Shown here: piece by piece, positions 16,546 to 22,784 of the stretch
Numbering within the stretch: the first letter of the stretch is position 1
Layout of the letters: every line of letters starts with the position of its first letter
Assembly: GCA_046758965.1 (NCBI GenBank)
Contig: JBHIBG010000039.1
Location: 1-22,784 of the forward strand
DNA from: Candidatus Methylomirabilia bacterium
GTDB lineage: Bacteria > Methylomirabilota > Methylomirabilia > Rokubacteriales > CSP1-6
Reading direction: 5' to 3'
Length of the DNA: 22,784 nt
Translations under genes and position numbers: made by a program
Notes under the pieces: model-generated
Seen by the model: the letters and a program-made list of their open reading frames with translations, nothing else
Database searches by the model: none
What the model was told of the DNA's origin: nothing

Positions 16546-17019
16546 GTGAGACTCAGTCGGGAGAGCGAGTATGGATTGGACGCTCTGAGGGTGCTGGCGA
16601 TGCAGCCTCCGAGCAAAGTGATGCTTGTCGAGGAGATTGCCGAAGCCGGCCATCTTCCCCCTCGCTTCCTGGCCCAGATTCTCCAAAAGCTGAGACGGTA
16701 CACCTTGGTCTCTTCGCATCGGGGAGCCGTCCGCGGGTATTCGCTGGCGAGGCCCCCCCACAACATCAGCTTGCGAGAGATCTTTGAAGCGGTCGAGGGT
16801 CCGGATTTCTTCACCCGGTGTCTCTTCTGGCCTGAGCAATGCAACGATCAACAGCCATGTAGCCTCCATAACAGGTGGGCCAAGATCAGGCCGAAGCTCC
16901 GAGCAATGTTGGAGGGAACCACATTGGCGCAGATGGCCCCACGGCCGGGGCGGGGAGGCTCCTCGCTTGGGCGGCGGACGGGAAGAAAGAGAACGAGCAG
17001 GCGGATGCGCGAAGCGTAG
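16546..17019 (+). CDS. Rrf2-family transcriptional regulator with Fe-S ligand motif
   Basis: 'MRLSRESEYGL..L', 'EEIAE..HLPPRFLAQILQKL...LVSSHRGAVRGYSLARPP..ISLREIFEAVEG', and 'C-x6-C-x5-C-x2-H'. GTG 16546 matches the family N-terminus better than ATG 16468. Confidence 0.92.
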   Translation: MRLSRESEYGLDALRVLAMQPPSKVMLVEEIAEAGHLPPRFLAQILQKLRRYTLVSSHRGAVRGYSLARPPHNISLREIFEAVEGPDFFTRCLFWPEQCNDQQPCSLHNRWAKIRPKLRAMLEGTTLAQMAPRPGRGGSSLGRRTGRKRTSRRMREA

Positions 17020-17061
17020 TAGGGAGGAGTCGATCTCGTTGGAGAAGCGCGGAGTACTCCT

Positions 17062-18738
17062 ATGACTGGACGAACCAAGGTGCTGACGCTCATCACGGCC
17101 GCCTCGCTCTGTTCCGTTGTGGTGGCCGGATGCGCCCGTATTGGTGCGGGGGAGGCGGCAGAACGGCCCCGGAAGTGGTCGATCGGATCACTGCCTCCAC
17201 CTGGCGGGCCCCTTCCGGTCTCGCTCACGCCGACGACGGTCCGTTCCGCTTCGCCGGATCTCCTGGCCCTCGGCAAGCGGGTCTACGAGAAGCAGTGCGC
17301 GGCGTGCCACGGCCGCGACGGTCGCGGCGGCGGGGAGGCGGCCTACCTTCTCTATCCGAAACCGCGGGACTTTGTCGCGGCCAAGTACCGGCTGGTCTCG
17401 ACCTGGGGGCGGGTGCCGACAGATGAGGACCTGTTCCGCGCGATCTCCCGGGGCATGCCCGGCTCGGCGATGCCGTCCTGGGGCCACCTTTCGGAAGAGG
17501 AGCGCTGGGGCCTGGTCCACTACCTGAAGTCGCTCGCTCGGGAGCCGTGGCAGATCCCGAGAGCGGCAGATCCAAAGGAAGACGATGAGGAAGGGAAAGG
17601 GATGATCCGCGTGCCCCCGGAGCCCCCCTTCACTCCACAGGCCAGGGCCCGCGCTCTCGAGCTTTACGCCGACGCCTGCGCCTCCTGCCATGGAGCGGCC
17701 GGTCGAGGAGACGGCACGGAAAAGCAATTCGACGAGATGGGGTACCCGACCCGCCCGCGAGACCTCACCCTCGGGGTGTTCAAGGGGAGCCCTGATCCCA
17801 GGCACGTCTACCGCCGAATCGTGGCGGGCTTGCCTGGCACTCCGATGCCGATGAGCGACTGGGCGTGGGCGAACGACGCCTGGCATCTGACGCATCTCAT
17901 CCTTTCCTGGTCCAGCCCGGAGCAGCGGGCCCGGGCTGAGATGCGGAAGTTCCGGATTGTTGCCCGGCGGGTGGACCGGGTCCCCGATCATCCGGACGCC
18001 GGCACCTGGCGTCTGGCGCCGGCGGTAAACCTCCATCTGATGCCCCTCTGGTGGCGTACGGACCGCCCCGAGGAGCTCACGGTTCGGGCTCTCCACGACG
18101 GGGAGCAGGTGGCGCTCCTTTTGGTCTGGGCCGATTCAAGCCACGATCACCTGGCGCTCCGGCCCCAAGATTTCCGCGACGCTGCGGCGGTGGAGTTCGC
18201 TCTGACCCCCGATCCGCCATTCTTCGGTATGGGTGCGAAAGGCCAGTTCGTGAACATCTGGATGTGGAAGTCCGAGCGCCAGGCCGACCTGGAGCCGGCT
18301 TTTCAGGACCTCGAGAAGGTCTACCCGAATCTCGGCATTGATTCGTACCCGAACTTCCAGGTCTCCCCGGTCGAGCAGCCGACGCGTCACGCCCTGACCC
18401 TGCGCTCCGATCCGACGTTTGTAACCGGCTGGGGGGCCCGGAACATCGTCTCAGACCCGACCCGGCAGAGCGCGGCCGAAGACCTCGTGGCTCAGGGATT
18501 CGGCACCCTCAGGGCTCGGCCGCCAAAAGACCAGGCAGGAGAGGCCCGAGGGGTCTATGGGACCGGCACCTACCGAGTCCTCTTCCGTCGGGCGCTGGAC
18601 GGCAAGGGACCCGGGGCGGTGACCCTGGTGCCGGGGCAGACGACTCCCGTGGCCTTTGCCGTGTGGAACGGAAGCGCCGGCGACCGGGATGGCAAAAAGT
18701 CGGTCACGATCTGGCAGGATCTCTGGCTCGAGCCCTGA
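17062..18738 (+). CDS. diheme cytochrome c fused to an ethylbenzene-dehydrogenase-gamma-like heme b domain; candidate NXR gamma subunit; probable lipoprotein
   Basis: Signal peptide with 'VVAGC' lipobox. CxxCH motifs 'CAACH' and 'CASCH', each followed by a 'PRD(F/L)' and 'GMPGSAMP'/'GLPGTPMP' segment. C-terminal 'VRALHDG..LLLVWAD', 'FRDAAAVEF', 'FGMG', 'VNIWMWK', 'VAFAVWNG..GDRDGKKSV'. Confidence 0.85.
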   Translation: MTGRTKVLTLITAASLCSVVVAGCARIGAGEAAERPRKWSIGSLPPPGGPLPVSLTPTTVRSASPDLLALGKRVYEKQCAACHGRDGRGGGEAAYLLYPKPRDFVAAKYRLVSTWGRVPTDEDLFRAISRGMPGSAMPSWGHLSEEERWGLVHYLKSLAREPWQIPRAADPKEDDEEGKGMIRVPPEPPFTPQARARALELYADACASCHGAAGRGDGTEKQFDEMGYPTRPRDLTLGVFKGSPDPRHVYRRIVAGLPGTPMPMSDWAWANDAWHLTHLILSWSSPEQRARAEMRKFRIVARRVDRVPDHPDAGTWRLAPAVNLHLMPLWWRTDRPEELTVRALHDGEQVALLLVWADSSHDHLALRPQDFRDAAAVEFALTPDPPFFGMGAKGQFVNIWMWKSERQADLEPAFQDLEKVYPNLGIDSYPNFQVSPVEQPTRHALTLRSDPTFVTGWGARNIVSDPTRQSAAEDLVAQGFGTLRARPPKDQAGEARGVYGTGTYRVLFRRALDGKGPGAVTLVPGQTTPVAFAVWNGSAGDRDGKKSVTIWQDLWLEP

Positions 18739-18828
18739 CGGGTGGCAGGCAAAGGAACCTAGAGGGGACGCCTTTCGCCAGGCCGAGATGGAAAGGGAGA
18801 TCTGAACGCCGCTTCGGAGGGAAGGCCG

Positions 18829-21800
18829 ATGAACGGTGGAATGGACCGACGGGACTTTCTCCGCTGGATCGGGGCAGGCACCGGAGCGGCAGCGGTCGAG
18901 TTTGGGCTTCCACTCAGGCTCCTAGCGGCGGCGGATCCCGACCAGAATCCCCTCTCGGGGTCGGTGGCCCGAGACTGGGAGCAGATCTACCGAGACCAGT
19001 ACCGGTATGACCGGACCTTCGACTGGGTCTGCTCTCCGAACGACACGCACGCCTGCCGGGTGCGCGCCTACGTGCGAAACGGGATCGTGACCCGGCTCGG
19101 TTCAACATACGACTACCAGACCTATGCCGACCTGTACGGCAACCGGGCCACAGCAAACTGGAACCCTCGCCAGTGCGCCAAGGGGTACACCTTCCACCGG
19201 GTCCTTTATGGCCCGTATCGTCTCAAGCACCCGATCGTCCGGAAGGGCTGGAAGGCCTGGGCGGACGCCGGGTTCCCCGAGCTGACGCCCGAGCTGAAGA
19301 AGAAGTATCTGTTCGACAGCCGGGGCCAGGACGAGTTCATTCAGATCTCCTGGGATGATGCGTTCCGGCTCATCGCCCAGGCGCTTGTCGGCATCGCCGA
19401 GCGCTACAGCGGGGAGCAGGGCAAGGAGCGTCTCCTCAGGCAGGGCTACCAGCCTGAAATGGTCGACGCCACGGAGGGCGCCGGGACCCGCTGCATCAAG
19501 ATGCGGGGCGGGATGGGCCTCTTGGGGGTGATTGGGAAATACGGGCTATACCGGCTGAGCAACTCCCTGGCCCTGCTGGATGCCTGGATCCGGCGGGTCG
19601 GCCCGGACGAGGCGAAGGGCGGGCGCAACTGGTCCAACTATACCTGGCACGGGGACCAGGCGCCGGGGCACCCGTGGGTGCACGGGCTCCAGACCTCCGA
19701 CTGCGATTTCAACGACCTCCGCTTCTCCAAGCTCCTCGTCATGGACGGCAAGAACCTCGTGGAGAACAAGCTCACCGATGCCCACTGGTTCATCGAGTCC
19801 ATGGAGCGGGGAGCGAAGATCGTGGTGATCACCCCGGAGTACGGCCCTCCGTCCACCAAGGCTGACTACTGGATCCCGATCCGTCCCCAGACCGATGCGG
19901 CCCTCTGGCTGGGCGTGACCCGGCTCATGATCGAAAACGGGTGGTACGACGAGGGCTTCATCAAGGCCTTCACCGACTTTCCGCTGCTGGTTCGGACCGA
20001 CACCTTGAAGCGCCTTCGTGCCGACGAGGTTTTCCCGAGCTACCGGTCGGCGCTGGCGCCGGACGGGCCCTCCATGAGCGTGCAGGGCCTCACCTCCGAG
20101 CAGCATGCCCGGCTTGGCGACTATGTCATCTGGGACGAGCAGGCGAAGGCGCTCAAGCCGGTGACGCGTGACGATGTCGGCGAGCGGATGCGGGAGAAAG
20201 GCCTCGCTCCCGCCCTCGCGGCGACCGTTAAGGTCGCGCTCGTGGACGGCAGCGAAGTGGAGGCGGCCACCCTGTGGACCCTCTACCTGACGCATCTCGG
20301 GGACTACGACCTGGACACGGTGGCGGAGATCACCCATGCCCCGAAGAACCTGATCCGCCAGCTCGCGGAAGACATCGGCACCACGAAGCCCGTCGCCATC
20401 CATCAGGGGGAGGGGATCAACCACTGGTTCCACGCCACAGAGATGAACCGCGCCGCGTACCTCCCCCTCATGCTCACGGGGAACATCGGGCAGCCGGGGG
20501 CGGGCTGCCACACCTGGGCGGGCAACTACAAGGCGGGGCTCTTCCAGGGCTCTCCGTGGACCGGCCCCGGCTTCAAGGGGTGGGTGGCCGAAGACCCGTT
20601 CAACCCCACCCTGGACCCGAACGCGCCCGGCGCGGCGGTGGGGGTCCGCCCGTATGCCAGGGGCGAGGAGCCGGCCTACTGGGACCACGGCGACCAGGCC
20701 CTGATCCTCGACACGCCCAAGTTCGGGCGGCGCAACTTTACCGGCAGGACCCACATGCCCACCCCGACCAAGGCGATCCTCTTCTCGAACGTGAACCTGA
20801 TCAATAACGCCAAGTGGTGCTACGGGATCATCAAGAACGTCAACCCCAACGTGGAGATGATTGTCGCCATCGACATCCAGATGACGGCCTCCATCGAGTA
20901 CGCCGACCTGGCGCTCCCGGCCAACAGCTGGCTTGAGTTCGAGGGGCTGGAGATCACCGCGAGCTGCTCCAACCCATTCTTGCAGATCTGGAAAGGCGGG
21001 ATCCCCCCGGTCTTCGACAGCCGCGACGACCTGATGATCCTGGTGGGCATCGCCCGGGCGCTGAGCGAGGTCACCGGGAATCGGGGCTTCGCCGACTCTT
21101 TCAAGTTCGCTCTGGAGGGAAAGTCCGAGGTCTATATCCAGCGCCTGCTCGACACCTCCACGACGACCCGGGGTTACAAGCTCGCGGACCTCCTGGCCGG
21201 GAAGTACGGGCCGCCGGGCGGGGCGTTGATGCTCTTCCGAACCTACCCGCGGATCCCGTTCTACGAGCAGGTCCACGACTCGCTGCCGTTCCACACCGAC
21301 AGCGGGCGGCTCCACGCCTACGCCGACGTCCCCGAGGCGATCGAGTACGGGGAGAACTTCATCGTCCACCGCGAGGGCCCCGAGGCGACGCCATACCTGC
21401 CCAACGTGATCGTGAGCGCTAACCCCTACGTTCGTCCCGAGGATTACGGGATCCCGCTCGCGGCTGAGCACTGGGACGAGCGTACGATCCGGAATGTCAA
21501 GCTGCCCTGGAGCCAGGTGAAGGCGACGAAGAATTTCCTCTGGGAGAAGGGCTTCCGGTTCTACTGCCTGACGCCGAAGACGCGGCACCGCGTGCACTCG
21601 GGCTGGTCGAACGTGGACTGGCACATGCTCCTGGACTCCAACTTTGGCGATCCGTACCGCCTGGACAAGCGGGCCCCCTCCGTCGGCGAGCACCAGCTCC
21701 ACATCAATCCGCAGGCGGCGCGGGACCTCGGGATCAACGACGGCGATTACGTGTACGTGGACGCCAACCCCGCCGACCGCCCGTACCTCGGCGCCGACCC

Positions 21801-22275
21801 GGCGGACCCGTTCTACCGGGTGTCGCGCTGCATGCTCCGGGTGAAGTACAACCACGCCTACCCGTACAACATCGTGATGATGAAGCATGCGCCGTTCATC
21901 GCCACCGAAAAGAGCGTGAAGGCGCACGAGACCCGCCCCGACGGCCGCGCGCTCTCCGAGAACACCGGCTACCAGGCCAACCTCCGCTACGGCTCGCAGC
22001 AATCGGTCACGCGCAACTGGCATATGCCCATGCATCAGACCGACAGCCTCTTCCACAAAGCGAAGGTGTTCATGAGCTTCATCTTCGGGGGCGAGGCGGA
22101 CAATCACGCCTTGAACACCGTGCCAAAGGAGACGCTGGTCCGGATCGCCAAGGCAGAGGACGGCGGCCTGGGCGGGAGAGGGATCTGGAAGCCGGCCACC
22201 ACGGGCTTCACGCCGGACAATGAAAACGAGTTCATGAGGCGCTACCTGGCCGGCGATCTGTACCGGCACCAGTGA
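18829..22275 (+). CDS. nxrA: periplasmic nitrite oxidoreductase / nitrate reductase alpha subunit (type II DMSO reductase family, Nitrospira/anammox-like)
   Basis: Tat motif 'MDRRDFLR'. 'DQYRYD.TF.WVCSPNDTHACRVRAYVRNG', 'NPRQCAKG', 'GPYRLK', 'WSNYTWHGDQAPGHP', 'TPKTRHRVHS', 'GSQQSVTRNW'. 1148 aa. Confidence 0.92.
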   Translation: MNGGMDRRDFLRWIGAGTGAAAVEFGLPLRLLAAADPDQNPLSGSVARDWEQIYRDQYRYDRTFDWVCSPNDTHACRVRAYVRNGIVTRLGSTYDYQTYADLYGNRATANWNPRQCAKGYTFHRVLYGPYRLKHPIVRKGWKAWADAGFPELTPELKKKYLFDSRGQDEFIQISWDDAFRLIAQALVGIAERYSGEQGKERLLRQGYQPEMVDATEGAGTRCIKMRGGMGLLGVIGKYGLYRLSNSLALLDAWIRRVGPDEAKGGRNWSNYTWHGDQAPGHPWVHGLQTSDCDFNDLRFSKLLVMDGKNLVENKLTDAHWFIESMERGAKIVVITPEYGPPSTKADYWIPIRPQTDAALWLGVTRLMIENGWYDEGFIKAFTDFPLLVRTDTLKRLRADEVFPSYRSALAPDGPSMSVQGLTSEQHARLGDYVIWDEQAKALKPVTRDDVGERMREKGLAPALAATVKVALVDGSEVEAATLWTLYLTHLGDYDLDTVAEITHAPKNLIRQLAEDIGTTKPVAIHQGEGINHWFHATEMNRAAYLPLMLTGNIGQPGAGCHTWAGNYKAGLFQGSPWTGPGFKGWVAEDPFNPTLDPNAPGAAVGVRPYARGEEPAYWDHGDQALILDTPKFGRRNFTGRTHMPTPTKAILFSNVNLINNAKWCYGIIKNVNPNVEMIVAIDIQMTASIEYADLALPANSWLEFEGLEITASCSNPFLQIWKGGIPPVFDSRDDLMILVGIARALSEVTGNRGFADSFKFALEGKSEVYIQRLLDTSTTTRGYKLADLLAGKYGPPGGALMLFRTYPRIPFYEQVHDSLPFHTDSGRLHAYADVPEAIEYGENFIVHREGPEATPYLPNVIVSANPYVRPEDYGIPLAAEHWDERTIRNVKLPWSQVKATKNFLWEKGFRFYCLTPKTRHRVHSGWSNVDWHMLLDSNFGDPYRLDKRAPSVGEHQLHINPQAARDLGINDGDYVYVDANPADRPYLGADPADPFYRVSRCMLRVKYNHAYPYNIVMMKHAPFIATEKSVKAHETRPDGRALSENTGYQANLRYGSQQSVTRNWHMPMHQTDSLFHKAKVFMSFIFGGEADNHALNTVPKETLVRIAKAEDGGLGGRGIWKPATTGFTPDNENEFMRRYLAGDLYRHQ

Positions 22276-22276
22276 G

Positions 22277-22337
22277 AATTGGGAAATGCGGAATGATGAA
22301 TGCGAAACTTCGCACTCCGGATTCCGCATTCCGAATT
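22277..22337. repeat. inverted heptamer-type repeat hairpin (AATGCGG / CCGCATT units) in the nxrA downstream spacer
   Basis: aatgcggaat (22285-22294) is the exact reverse complement of attccgcatt (22321-22330). Inner stem tgcgaa/ttcgca (22301-22314). Outer aatt...aatt. Confidence 0.8.
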
Positions 22338-22354
22338 AGGTGAGGGGTGAGACC

Positions 22355-22654
22355 ATGCCGTACACCGATCCTGATCCGGCGGATCCCACCGTGCTGATCG
22401 GCGTGGTGCTCCCCGCCGAGGGCGCAGCTTTACAGGAGATGGCCTATGTCTTCGCGGAAGAGTTCGCGCGCATGGGCTTCGACGAAACGCGGCTGATGCG
22501 GCTGTTCCGCAATCCCTTTTATGCCGGCGCCCACCAGATCTACCGCACGCTCGGCGAGGCGGCGGTCCGGGAGATCGTCGACGAATGTGTGCGGGTCTGG
22601 GGCCGGCGGCGCCTGATCGCCGAAGGCACAACCGCCGAGGGAGTTGAGCGATGA
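22355..22654 (+). CDS. small hypothetical protein between nxrA and nxrB (99 aa)
   Basis: ATG 22355 follows GAGGGGTG. '[11 protein letters not shown]...[14 protein letters not shown]...[11 protein letters not shown]'. Its stop overlaps the nxrB ATG (ATGA). Confidence 0.8.
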   Translation: MPYTDPDPADPTVLIGVVLPAEGAALQEMAYVFAEEFARMGFDETRLMRLFRNPFYAGAHQIYRTLGEAAVREIVDECVRVWGRRRLIAEGTTAEGVER

Positions 22655-22784
22655 GCCGGGTTCACAACTGGCAGATCGGCCGGCCAATGGCGTACCCCTA
22701 TCCCGGGGCCTATCCCGAACGGCAGTTTGCCTTCGTGTTCAACATCAACCGCTGCATCGCCTGCCAGAGCTGCACCATGGCCTG
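22651..22784 (+). CDS. nxrB: nitrite oxidoreductase / nitrate reductase beta (Fe-S) subunit, 3'-truncated by the window
   Basis: Not in the ORF track. Manual translation: [44 protein letters not shown](C), matching the Nitrospira/anammox-type NxrB N-terminus with a CxxCxxCxxxC motif. Confidence 0.93.
   Translation, partial: MSRVHNWQIGRPMAYPYPGAYPERQFAFVFNINRCIACQSCTMA

Noticed and set aside
18829..22275. Cytoplasmic NarG or Nitrobacter-type NxrA
   Set aside because: Tat signal and CSPNDTHAC motif (rather than the HGVNCTGSC type), and the partner is EbdC-like rather than NarI-like.
19546..22329. 927-aa minus-strand ORF (also 6310-8148, 3111-4349, 5243-6397, 10414-11508 and similar)
   Set aside because: Antisense shadows of well-supported high-GC genes; no recognisable motifs.
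13323..22337. CRISPR array or structural RNA genes
   Set aside because: The repeats are one long duplication and one hairpin, not regularly spaced repeat-spacer units; no tRNA or rRNA signature seen.

Overview
GC-rich bacterial window with three blocks. (1) 1-13519 is a co-oriented anaerobic CoA-ester catabolic cluster. It has four 2-hydroxyacyl-CoA dehydratase/class I benzoyl-CoA reductase-type catalytic subunits (two beta/alpha pairs) and two apparent sets of ASKHA [4Fe-4S] ATPase activators: a BzdP-like gene plus a BzdQ-like gene fused to a 2[4Fe-4S] ferredoxin, and a separate tandem double-activator. These are followed by a crotonase lacking its second catalytic Glu, a B12-dependent acyl-CoA mutase large subunit with a remodelled active site, a triple PCP_red-domain protein, two hypotheticals and a nitrilase. 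(2) 13571-16024 is a ~2.45 kb integrase-free insert bracketed by an exact 248-bp direct repeat of the nitrilase 3' end. It carries a COG4315-type secreted protein and a CtaG/Cox11 copper-chaperone fusion behind a sigma70 promoter with a CsoR-like operator. (3) 16546-end holds an Fe-S-type Rrf2 regulator followed by a periplasmic (Tat-exported) Nitrospira/anammox-type nitrite oxidoreductase/nitrate reductase cluster: a diheme-c/heme-b gamma-like lipoprotein, nxrA, a small protein and the start of nxrB. All family assignments come from motif recognition by eye; no database searches were run.
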